Below are positions 15,198 to 29,055 of a DNA stretch of 64,000 nucleotides, in pieces. A program made the translations under genes and the position numbers. This DNA is from the human T2T-CHM13v2.0 reference genome, Homo sapiens: assembly GCF_009914755.1 (NCBI RefSeq), contig NC_060928.1, one strand, 5' to 3'. The notes under the pieces are model-generated. The model had not been told where the DNA came from. It worked only from the letters and a program-made list of their open reading frames with translations, and made no database searches. How positions within the stretch are numbered: position 1 is the first letter of the stretch; the number at the start of each line of letters is the position of its first letter.

Positions 15198-18100
15198 AAC
15201 TCTTAAATATATCAATCAGTCCTTTACCATTATGGCAAGAAATATATACAGTGTCCCATGGTAAACTGCAGTGTTTCAAAATGATAGAAGATAATAAATG
15301 TGTAATTCATTTGTGGTGGAGAGAACAAATCACAATTTCCTCACATCTTAGTGCGGAAGACAAACTTGATCTACAGTAATACTTCAACACCACATGCTAA
15401 GTTAAAAGTGTAAAAAAAACACTCTACATCTATTTTTTTTTCTTTAAATACATGTATGCCACGTATAGCTGCTTCACAAAAGGGTAAAAGAAATTAAAAA
15501 GAGAAAAATGAGGCCATTATTTTTTCACAGATCTCATTGGCAGGTTAACATGGCTCAATATATTTACTGTATATATTTATTTTAAATATATATGTTGTTT
15601 TAAATTGTGTAATAATTATCAGAAAAGCTTCAACCCATCTACCATACATCCACTAGCAATAATATCTAAGATGATTAGTAATCAACACAGAGAGGTGAGA
15701 TGAGAGAAAAGAGGAAGGGTTGTTTTTGTTATTTTGTTTTTCTTTTTTGCTTCTGCTTTAAAAATAGGCTTCTGAGGACTGTGAATTACTATCGTTAAAA
15801 TAACAATGATGGAGATTCCATGCACTGTAAAGCACTTCAGGGAAGAGAACAAAAATCACAGGAATTGAATCAACAAAGGAAAAATGAGAAGCACAAAGAA
15901 AACCTAGGACATTTCCCTTTTTGTTTTAAACTGGGAAATTCTAACTCCTTGGAGGAAGACAATGATACTCTGATTCAAGAGAGAAGCTAAAAAAGCACAA
16001 GTCACAAAGATCAAGTTCAAAACACTTATGAGAATGGCAAACATTTGTAAGCCTCTCTAACACTAGAAAACTAGCTAGTGATGATGCAGAAGTGACCCTT
16101 TCATTCCCCAAGGCGGAGGTGAGTGCGTTTGCATAAAACCCCCTCTGCTATCAAGTTGGTATCCTCCTGGCAACTGTCCCAATCAGTAAGACGTTGCAGT
16201 CACAGGAGGAACTTGCTTTTATCCTAACTTTAAACAATGCAAATACCTCCAACATAGTTAGGATACCTAAGTCCAAACTAGAGCTTAAGCAGAATTATAA
16301 ACCTTTAAAATCTTGACAACATTTTTGTGGGCCCTGAAGATGATCAAAAGTGCTAGTATAGCTACCTTCAAAAGACTTTTATTTCCCTTTTACATTCATT
16401 ATGCAAATTTCACTTCTATTCTTTTCTCACACACTACTAGCCAGCCTCCCCAAAAAAGGAAAAGGGAAAAAAGTAAGAAAAGAATGGAACAAAAGAAAAA
16501 TAAGAAAGCAAACGAAAGGAACAAAGAAACAGGATAAAGAAAAGAGATCACAGATTTGAGAAAGAAAAACAATTCAATTCAGCAAATTCACCAAAACAAT
16601 GTGAATATATCCTAAAGTGATTAAACTCAGAAATGATGTGAATTTTTCCAGTTTACACAGTTTGACCAAAAACAGCATGGCTTTATGTGGTAGCAAACCA
16701 ACTGATTCTTGCTTCTACTTTCATAAGTGATTTTGTCCACATATCATCCCACTTTAATTGTTAATCAGCAAAACTTTCAATGAAAAATCATCCATTTTAA
16801 CCAGGATCACACCAGGAAACTGAAGGTGTATTTTTTTTTTACCTTAAAAAAAAAAAAAAAAAACCAAACAAACCAAAACAGATTAACAGCAAAGAGTTCT
16901 AAAAAATTTACATTTCTCTTACAACTGTCATTCAGAGAACAATAGTTCTTAAGTCTGTTAAATCTTGGCATTAACAGAGAAACTTGATGAAGAGTTGTAC
17001 TTGGAATATTGTGGATTTTTTTTTTTGTCTAATCTCCCCCTATTGTTTTGCCAACAGTAATTTAAGTTTGTGTGGAACATCCCCGTAGTTGAAGTGTAAA
17101 CAATGTATAGGAAGGAATATATGATAAGATGATGCATCACATATGCATTACATGTAGGACCTTCACAACTTCATGCACTCAGAAACATGCATGAAGAGGA
17201 GGAGAGGACGGCCCAGGGTCACCATCCAGGTGCCTTGAGAACAGAGAATGCAGAAGTGGCACTGTTGAAATTTAGCTGAAAGGAGAAAGGGGGAGGAAGA
17301 AATAAATTATATTGTTTTACAAAATATCATCAAATTGCTTTGCCATAGATTTGACTAGGCTACAGTTTTATAACTTGGCTAACAAATAGATTGAAAACAC
17401 TATGTATAAGAGATGTTTGCTTGTGATCATTACAAGAAGAAACATACAATGTTACACAAAGAGAGTATTAAATTAGAAGATCAGTATTAATTATTTTTTC
17501 ACACAAAGCTAAGCTAAAAATAAAGAGACAGAGACACAGTCTTCAGTCACATTATTAAATCTAAGTATACATCTTAAGCATTCCTGTTTACTGGACAAAT
17601 TAGTAAATGAATATAATCCTTTTGTTGAAATAGACTTAAAATTCAAGTTCATCCTTAGCTTCTGTTATTATTGTTAGATTCCTTGGGAAATGAAACCTAG
17701 AAGTCAATTTAACAAGGAATATAGTCTCGAAAGTAGAGAGAACATGATTACTCTCTTTAATTGGAGATCTCCTTTGCTGAAAGCAACAGCTGGGAGCACT
17801 ATTTGTTAAAAGCTCTGATAAGGTTTAGTTCTCTGAATGAGGCAAATATTCACAACAGCACCATACATATCTGAATGCTTGTAACCCAAGTCTAAGAAAC
17901 AATTAATTAAAAACAACAACAAAAGCATGAAGTTAATTACAGTCAACTTTCAATTATCCTCTGGAATTACCCATTTTGTGAGTTTTAAATTTCAGCTTGA
18001 CTTCCTCCTGTGGCCTGTCCTCATGGTCAAGTACCATTATACTCAGTCAGGCACAGCAAATTGATTTACACATTCGCCATAGCCAGCTGCTTACAGAACT

Positions 18101-18514
18101 GCAACCTCTTGAAAGAATGGTTAAGACACCAAAGGATTCTAAAGCTTAATATAAATTAAGTCCGGATAATTGAGAGTTATCTGAACTGACCCAGACATAA
18201 TTTACTTTTGATGTGAAAACTTCAGGATTCTAACATGACACAATCCACATGTTGGAAAAAATTCTTTTCAGTGTTTATTACCTTTAAAATAAGGATTATG
18301 CTACCAAATAGGGCTGAATGTTAGATTCAAAAGCTCATGCAAAATTGCTATGAATTTTCAAAGACCTTGTGCGTTTTTCATTGAATATTATGCAATAAAA
18401 AATATCCTCAAAAGGAAGGAAAACAGCCATGCAGCTTTTCATTCAGCTCCAGTCACAAAGTATCACGGAGCAGGATGTTACTTACAAGACCCATATGTGA
18501 ATGGTTTTCAGGCC

Positions 18515-18581
18515 TTAGATGTTTTGCCACAAAGAGGTGCCTCCTGAGAAGTTTTCTTTCCCATTTGGAATACAGGGTGGC
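18515..18581 (-). CDS. CAMK2D: CaMKII delta alternative C-terminal exon (coding part: (K)[21 protein letters not shown]); exon spans 18486-18581
   Basis: Acceptor tcttaatag|G at 18582/18581, stop TAA at 18517-18515, donor |GTAAGT at 18485. The peptide is the delta-specific C-terminal tail. Confidence 0.95.
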
Positions 18582-20090
18582 CTATTAAGAGAAGCCCCAT
18601 TTAAGCCACCTGGCATAAAATGAAGTTTTCTTGAATAGGCTTCATCCCATAAACACTTCAGGGAACTGCAAAAAAACCTAAACCCCTGGTACTGTATGAA
18701 TGTAACCCCTTCTATATTAACTGGCGATTTGTGCTGTACCTCTTTGGGGTGAAAAACACACAAAAACGGGTGTCTTCATTATCTTCATATTCCTCTTGTG
18801 TTTTTCTCTTAATTACATAGCTATGGTTTTGGGAATAAATTTCAGCCTATTGTTTGGTTTGGTTTGATTTTTGTCCCTGTTGACCCACTTTTTACAAATC
18901 TAACAGTGATATATAATTATTAAGGCTATACAGAAGGCCTCTGAAAACCACTGTGGTATGCTACCAAACTAAGAAATCATGATGGATTCTCTGGAGTGAG
19001 TTGAATGGCTGTTTGTATGAACCCCCATTCCAAATCTCAAATATTAACAGGTGATCCTGGTGAGAGAATTTGGAAAGAGATCAACAGTGGACCCAACTTC
19101 TACACTGAGTTTAAACTCTTCTTGTTTTCATCTCACTCCACTTTACCAATAAGCCTATTTTCAATTATTCCTCTTTAGTTGTAACCGGCCTTCCTTACCA
19201 ATAATGTTCTATCATATTAAACTAAATCCTGATATTGTACTTTTCTTCATGATGCTCATTTAGCTTGGACTATCCTCCTTTGCTTTTTCAGTCTATGTCT
19301 CTAAATTCTACTCATCATTTAAGATTTTGTCCAAAATTCTATCTTATATACAAAGTGTACTTCCAAACTGTTATAAACAGTTTACTACACTGTTCATTAA
19401 CTCTACTGTATTCTGAAGTTGATGATAAACTTTATTATATCATTTTTTTCTTTAGAATCAATGATTGGCTAAATGAGAATACATGTTTCTTGAAAGCAAT
19501 ATCTTGTACTTTGTGTTGAATCTGGCATAGATTAAGCACCTAGGTGATTCACAATAAATATGTGCCTAATCGCTGACTGGAAAAGCAAATGATATCTGAG
19601 GTAGAGTGGTGAGGTGAGAATGACATTGCACTACCTGACAATGGCCTTTTAAATGCTGTCTCTCTAACTGAGCTTTAGGGGATCATCTATGAAATGAAAC
19701 TCCTGATAATATATTGGCCATTTTAGAAACTCCTCCCTATGTTTTCCTCTGATATCCCCTTCTTCTGTCAATTGAGAAGATGAAGTCACAAATATTTTGC
19801 CTTATTATACAAGTCCTCTAGATTTAACCCTGTGAGATTTTGATCACGTAGTCTCTCGTCCTGTCTAAACCTATCATATACTGCTCTATAGCAAGTTTCA
19901 ACCCACAAATGGCTGATCTGATTGATCTTTCCAGAGAATCATAAACCTTTCCCGTGAAGGCATTTATTTTCATCAGTGTAACCAACTACTAGCGTTAAAT
20001 AACATATACCATGCTATTAACAATGGAATAAGTAGAAGGAGCTGACCATGGGTGTATTAACAAAGAAGCTGACAGCCTGGAAATATTTAC

Positions 20091-20319
20091 TTGATGGGTA
20101 CTGTTGGTGACCCCGAGCGATGAAAATGAACATTCTGCCACTTTCCATCCCGGCGGTGCCACACACGAGTCTCTTCTGACTGCATTGTCTTTGGCATTCC
20201 ACTGCCATCCATGTACTGTGTGAGCCTAATATATGCTATGCAGGCGGCATCATCCCCTACCAGATGTACATGAGGGTTTAGAATAATAGTGTGGATTGGT
20301 TTATTGCTTTTGGACAAAG
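20091..20319 (-). CDS. CAMK2D: CaMKII delta hub-domain exon ((A)[75 protein letters not shown])
   Basis: 229 nt. Acceptor ttctctttcag|CT, donor AA|GTAAAT. Translation is the CaMKII association-domain C-half. Confidence 0.98.
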
Positions 20320-21764
20320 CTGAAAGAGAAAAACATGAAAAGCAAAATTTAGTTTCTATGTAAAGGAAACTAAAACCAGTAATAACTTCAGTTAGGACCA
20401 ATGAATGAAATGACATTTATTCACTCACTAATTAATTAGTTAATTAATCTACTATTTGTACTAATTGGGTACTGGGCACTGTACAAAGCAAAAAAAGAAT
20501 GAAAGTGGATACAGTCTTTATTTTATCTGGTTTCCTTTACAGGCATTTATATGCTCTCTGGAAATTTTGATTGGGTGAAAAAGCTGGAGAGATATATTTA
20601 TTTACAATGGAAAGTGGTTAGAAACAGAAATCACAACATGAATAGAAGTGAAGAAGGCCTGGCCCAGGTGTGCCAAGCACTGCCCCTGTCTTTTCCAGGA
20701 ATGAACTGCTGGGACAGCTGACCAGGGATCTTGTGGTGGTGGTTGTTTTTGTTAGTTGGTGAAGTATGTGGGAGAAGGGAAATATATCAAGTTTCAGGTA
20801 TAGACATCACTGTCTTCAAAATAAGGCTGGTGGTAGCCTTTGAACAAGCCTATGAACTTGTTTCTCATCTCATTCTCTGACTCCTCCACATACTAGAGTC
20901 CATTCCATGATAGTCCACTGTGATCATCTGATAAACATTCAAAATGTGGTGTTGGCACATAGCCTGATTCTGGTCTTCTAGCTCTTTCCCTTGACTGAGT
21001 AGCCCTCACTATGCTCCAGCCTCTGGTTTTGACAGTAGTTACCAATTCTAATTATTCAGTCACCAAGAGATACGAGGAGGATTTAGTGCACATCACTTAT
21101 TGATGCTGTTTCTTTCTTAGATCACTAGAAAAGGTTGAATTGTTTTTAGCTATTATCCAAACATGCTTTCCATTCTCAGAAAACATCTATTCAAATTATA
21201 TAAAATATTATTATAGTCACCTAAATACCCCATTATGAAGGAATTATATTTATGGAACATGATATATAGTGTTATACTGAAATAGGTTAAAATATTAATG
21301 AGTTAATTCTTTCATTAGGGATCAGATGGTGTCGATAGAGAGTTAGTTGGAGGAAACATGAGATGCTATCAGAACACTGGAATATAGGGAATATGATAAC
21401 ATTTACTGAAATTTTGTTAAAGAGAATTTATCAAATAGTTCTTTTTGTTTATTTGTTTGTAAATGTCTAATGCATATAAGAAAAAGTAACTCATCCAACA
21501 CATCTTAATTCGAAAATCCATGCCAAGGCAGACATTCTTATCAAAGCTTATAATTACTGAAAGTGATGTGATTATCCTAATCATTCCTATAATACATTTC
21601 TTTTTTAATTCAATAAGATCTCTGCAAAAATAGTAAATTCCCTTAATGCAAGATGCAAACACAGCATAATGTCTAATGTCATTAGGTGTAAGGAAAAAGA
21701 GAAGGATAAAGGGAATTCCTGGTTTACATTTTTCTTGATGACCTGAAGGATTTCTGCAGGATGA

Positions 21765-22280
<516 letters not shown>

Positions 22281-22373
22281 AATTTTTTTATATATAGTTT
22301 TATGAAAATGTGAAATAACATTTTTTGTAACTGCTTTATAGCTTATATTATACATTAACTGCAACTTGCTTGA

Positions 22374-22678
<305 letters not shown>

Positions 22679-22867
22679 TCAACATTAATTTTTTTACAAA
22701 GATATTTTTTAAAACACACCAAAACTGTAAGCCAAGCCTGACATATTTTTTTTTCAATTTTGAATACAAAACCATTGTATGGTTTCAAATGCTGGATGAA
22801 GGTAAAAACTCTCATTGTAGAAAAGAGCAAAATAATCTGCAAATTTGGGAAAATTCAGAGAGGTTTA

Positions 22868-23077
<210 letters not shown>

Positions 23078-23312
23078 TTACCAGTCACTGAAGGAAAGAG
23101 CCTCTAAAAACACTTACATACAAAAGTTCTATCATAAACCTTGGCAAGGTGGGTTGAGGAGCAGACTCTTAAAAAGACATTTTGCAGAGAACTCTGATAG
23201 GAACAAACTAATTTATCCAGTTCAAGCAGATGATAATACACAATATTTTAGGAGGCCCCTTTTTATAATTTCTACTTTTTTATTTTTAAGGTGAATTTTC
23301 CAGTTTTTCTAA

Positions 23313-23745
<433 letters not shown>

Positions 23746-24024
23746 TGGAATAATTTTTGATGGACCACATATCCTACATTCATGTCAAACATGTATATTA
23801 CAATTGACTTGAAAGAAAGTATCACACCCTACACTTCCTGGCAATGTCCACAAGACTTACATCTTATTATTGTGTTTAAGTTTATTTTATTTTTAAAATG
23901 AAATCAACAGAAGGTTCAAATGCTCATATTGGTTTTCTTTCTTAATCCTAGAAATATGATTCAATAAAGGGGTGCACAATTTTAAATATTTGGAAAAAAC
24001 CAATGAGCTTTCTTTGGAGAAATT

Positions 24025-24440
24025 TATTTATTCAGTAAAGAATTGCTGAACACTTACTATGTGGCAGATATTCTTCAAAACAAGCAATTATACAATAATC
24101 AATACTAGAATAGATGAACAGGAAAGGTTTAAGAGAGGAAGAAAATTTGAGCTGGGCTTTGAAGAATGAGTAAGAGTTTTCCAGGTGTGTGGGAGGTGGT
24201 GGGCAGGGGGAGGACAGCAAGTGCAATGGTCTGCTGCTGTGAAAATGCAGAGTATGCTTGGGGAATGATGACTGGTTGCTTGATATGGAAAGCAGGGTCA
24301 CTGTGTTATGTGTGTAAGGCCCCTGGAAATGCAGAGAAGAAAATATTTCCTTTGGGCCTATGGTGATCAGGGTAGGCTTCTCAGAGAAGGTGACAAGACC
24401 TGGATTTGAAGAATGAATGGGAGTTCACAAGGTAGATCAA
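24025..24440 (-). mobile_element. L2 fragments
   Basis: ttattcagtaaagaattgctgaacacttactatgtggcag and ttgagctgggctttgaagaatgagtaagag are L2-like motifs. Confidence 0.55.
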
Positions 24441-25022
24441 ATGGAGTACAAATCAAAGGATTTTGGACTGTTTATTAATTTGCCCCAAAGGGTAATACAG
24501 TGGATGGGGCCACATCTAATTTCATAGAGAAATTCCCCATTTGGGTGGAGGGGGAGCAAAATTTTTTAAATGTTCAACAGAAATACAAATTTCAAAAGTC
24601 TAACTCACTGTAGTTCCTCAAAGTGCAGTACTGTTTATAGAACGTGGAACCGGTGTTATTTAAAGAATACCTTTAAAAAGTAGAAATCACAGTGGATATC
24701 CTTTGTGCCTTAAAGATGATGGGGGCAAGGATTACAGTAACCTTCACTTCAGATTGCCTGCTGGGCAGGCATTTTTAAGCTTAAAATCAAATATATATAG
24801 TCTCTTTCTAAGAAGCAAAATGGGAAGAACAGCGTTCCTATGGTAACAAGAATTTATTCTGCCAGGGGCTATTACTTCCTCTATAAATATGGTTTTTGGT
24901 TGTCATTATCAGTGAACCAAAATTTCTTACTGCCTTACATCAGTACTAACATAATCTGGGAATCACTGTGCCATGATGGATCTTCTTACCCAGCCATGAA
25001 AAAGAGTCAGTATATTTGGAAA

Positions 25023-25034
25023 TGTGTGTGTGTG

Positions 25035-25116
<82 letters not shown>
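25023..25116. repeat. Compound STR (TG)7(TCTG)6(TCTA)14
   Basis: Counted directly from the sequence. Confidence 0.95.
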
Positions 25117-26082
25117 ATCATCCATCTACCCCATAAAAGGCTTTGTATTAATGAAAGATCCACAAAGCTGCCATTTGACATGTGGGTGTGTGTGATCTGA
25201 ACAGGTGTTCTAAGGACCAGCTGACAGGGATCCACCAGTACATTCTACCATCCCAAAAGCTCTCGAATGGAAGCCCTGTTGGATTAGCTCTGGCTGGAAA
25301 GTACAAAATCAGGCCAGATTATAAGTCTCCATAGGCAAAGATATTAGTGAACTGGTATGATCCCAAGGTTTAGCATTATTTAAAATACCCTATTTTAAAC
25401 TGAGAATATAGGAAACATACACTTTTGCCTGGCTACAATTGCTCCCTATATAACAGTAGTATCTGTTTATAAATTTAGAAAGAATATAAAAGAAGCAGGA
25501 AAAAAATTCATACACAATTTTACCTCTCAGAGGCAACTTCTTTTTAACAATAACAAACACAACTTTTTATCATTCCACAAGGAAATGCTATTGCAAAAAA
25601 AAAAGATTTTTTAAAAAAGAGAATAATCTTATTCTTTGGATAATCATATGTATCTAACAAGGATATAACAGCAACAAGAATTTTTAAAAAGCAGGTTCTA
25701 TGGCACAGCTATAAACAATTGTTTAATAGGGAACGGTTGTCTCTGAAAACAGACTTCTTCTTAACTCCAATTTTTACTATTTCTTTTATTCCAAGTATGT
25801 CTTATTAGGTCATGATAAAGAATGGATACACTCATACATAAGTATATGCATGTGTTTATACATATATGCACACATATTTAAGTTATAAGAAGAAGCTCCT
25901 GATATAGTTTGTCTTACATTTAGCTAATCTCGTCCATATTTTATATTTTGTGTTTATTTATAACTAATGATAAAAGTAATACTTGCTTATGTAAAATTTG
26001 GGAAGAATAAAAAAGCAGGAAAAAAATTCACACATAATTTTACCTCTCAGAGGCAACTTCTTTTTTTCTTTTTAAAATCTAA

Positions 26083-26420
<338 letters not shown>

Positions 26421-27779
26421 ACTTTTAATACCTTTTACTTTTTTAGTTGTAATAATTATGTACATAGTCTTTTAAGTCCTGCTTAATTTTCAGTAAAAAC
26501 ATCATAAATATTTTTCCAGGTCGCTAGAAACTCAACATAACCATTGTACCAAAGATGATTTAATGGGAATGGTACTGTTGGGCATATACATTGTTTCCAA
26601 TTTTTCACTATTATGAATTTTGCTTCAGTATATATCTTTGTTCACAAATTTTTGTTCATGTTTTACATAAAAAATTTATACTTGTTAAATTCTTATAAGT
26701 AGAATTATAGTATTACAGTAAAGTGAGACTTTATAAAAGCTTTCAGGTATATAATAACAGATTATACAACAAAATATATTACTAATCCCCCCATATCTGC
26801 CACCACCACCACCCTGAAAGTTTGCACCCAATTGTGTTTTATTCCATGGTGGAGGAAAGTCACCATTGTCCTGCAGTATCTGCACCTTGCTGGCTATCAG
26901 CAGAATTTACATCTCTGCTGACTTTATAGGGAGAAGAGGCTCTTGCATTCAAGTTTGTGTATACTTAATTAGTAAACATGAATATGCCTTTACTAGTTTA
27001 CTTGTCATTTATATTTCCTCCTCTGATAATAGTCAGTTCATGTTCTTTACCTATTTTTCTACTTTTCAATCATATTCACGCAATATAAAAAATTAAATTT
27101 TGATATATGTTTTGCAAATGTTTTTCTAAGTTTGTCTCTTTTATTCTTGGTTTTTTAATTAAAGTATACACGTTTTATCTATTTAGGTATAATCATATTA
27201 TGTTCTCATTTATGATTATATCTTCAGCTTTTGGATCTTTCTAGCCAGAGATCAGATTCAATCTCCGTTTTGCATTTTAAGTCTTTCACTGGGGTGGAAC
27301 TCATTAGTTGCATGGTGTAAGGAGAAGGCCCTATTTAAATTGAATGCTTTATTTTAACTTCAGCAAAGTAATTTCCTTCATAGTTCCTATGATCCAGGAG
27401 TTTATAAACTTTAAATAAGCATTAAAACCCATTCTTCAAGTAAAGTTTTCCTTAAGATACAAACATATAAAAGAGATGCAGATAAAGTTGAGCTGTACTG
27501 GCTGAAGAGAGAAGGCTGCCTCATGTCACCTCCTAATCTCTTTCTCTGCCCCAGAACCTCTGCAGAACTGCAAGGGAAAACATTTCTTAAGCTGAAATGC
27601 ACATTTTATGTACTTTCATATTTTTTTGTGTGTTTGCTCACATGAATTGCTCTGCCTGGACTGACCTTTTCTCATCTGGACTTCTGTATGTGTGATGTGG
27701 GAGTGGTTATACATCTGTATATTTACAAAGAAATCTCCAATCGTTGGATCAGAAGTCAAGCCTTCTCTCTGTGAAATCT

Positions 27780-28078
27780 TTTTTCTTTTCTTTTTTGAGA
27801 CAGGGTCTCACTCTGTCACCCAGGCTGGAGTGCAGTGATGTGACCATGGCTCCATGCAGCCTCGACCTCCTGGGCTTAGGTGATCCTCCTGCCTCAGCCT
27901 CCCAAGTATGTGGGACTACAGGTGTGCACCACTATGCCTGACTAATTTTTAAACTTTTTGTAGAAACGGGGTCTTGTTTTGTCACCCAGGTTGGTCTTGA
28001 ACTCTTGGCCTCAAGCAGTCTTCCCACCTTGGCCTTCCAAAGTGCAAGGATTACAGGTGTGAGCCACTGTGCCTGGCC
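27780..28078 (-). mobile_element. AluJ-like element
   Basis: Reverse Alu dimer. Flank tgaaatctttt repeated on both sides. Confidence 0.92.
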
Positions 28079-28273
28079 TCTGAAATCTTTTCTCTGAAAT
28101 TTTCTCTGAAATTTTTCTCTCCTAGGGGCACTTAGTCATTTATGAAATAAAACTATTGTTAACATATCAAACCTTGAATTAAATATATGTGAATTCAGAC
28201 ATGTTGAATAATGCATTCATATAAAAAATATATTTACCATATGCATGAAAGCAAAGTAAACGTCCGCTACTCA

Positions 28274-28399
<126 letters not shown>

Positions 28400-28419
28400 T
28401 TAAATATTCTTTTTCATTT

Positions 28420-28572
28420 TTAATTTTTGAGATAGGGTCTCACTCTGTCACCCATGCTGGAGTACAGTAGCGCAATCACAGCTCCCTACAGCCTTGACCT
28501 CCTGGGCTCAAGTGATCCTCCCACCTCTGCCTCCCAAAGTGCTGGGATTACAGGTGTGATCTGTGCCCTGCC
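28420..28572 (-). mobile_element. Alu monomer (FLAM/FRAM-like), followed by a MER5A-like fragment (~28573-28640)
   Basis: Single Alu arm, then agaatctgcattttaaca...tttggaaagcactgct. Confidence 0.75.
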
Positions 28573-28714
28573 AGAATCTGCATTTTAACATGACTCTCAG
28601 GTGACCTCTGAGTACATTCATGTTTGGAAAGCACTGCTATTTTCCATTTGTTTGAAAACAACAGTCACCTGAAAGGTCGGTCAAGGCTATGTTTTTTAAA
28701 ATTAGTTTTTACTA

Positions 28715-29055
<341 letters not shown>

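Larger units (their letters stand above)
13795..17275 (-). other. CAMK2D: CAMK2D terminal exon / 3'UTR (first base completes an Asn codon, then TAA, in tail-less isoforms)
   Basis: Acceptor ttcttcctccccctttctcctttcag|CTAAATTTC at 17276/17275. AU-rich and repeat-free to about 14.9 kb, with MIR (~14140-14360) and L2 (~14395-14870) fossils in the distal part. The 3' end is approximate. Confidence 0.8.

Noticed and set aside
20087-20416. ORF-track starts upstream of real exons (also 18515-18763 and 22865-23071)
   Set aside because: The N-terminal extensions are intronic polypyrimidine-tract sequence. True boundaries are set by AG/GT sites and phase continuity.
20428-20448. AT palindrome actaattaattagt upstream of the hub exon acceptor, containing ACUAAU
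   Set aside because: Low-complexity AT sequence. It could be a branch-point or QKI motif but cannot be distinguished from chance.
28077-28120. Short tandem repeats (ctctgaaat(c/t)tttt x3; also 45088-45135 and 51272-51297) with superficial repeat-spacer look
   Set aside because: Simple slippage duplications in eukaryotic DNA. No unique spacers and no cas genes, so not CRISPR.
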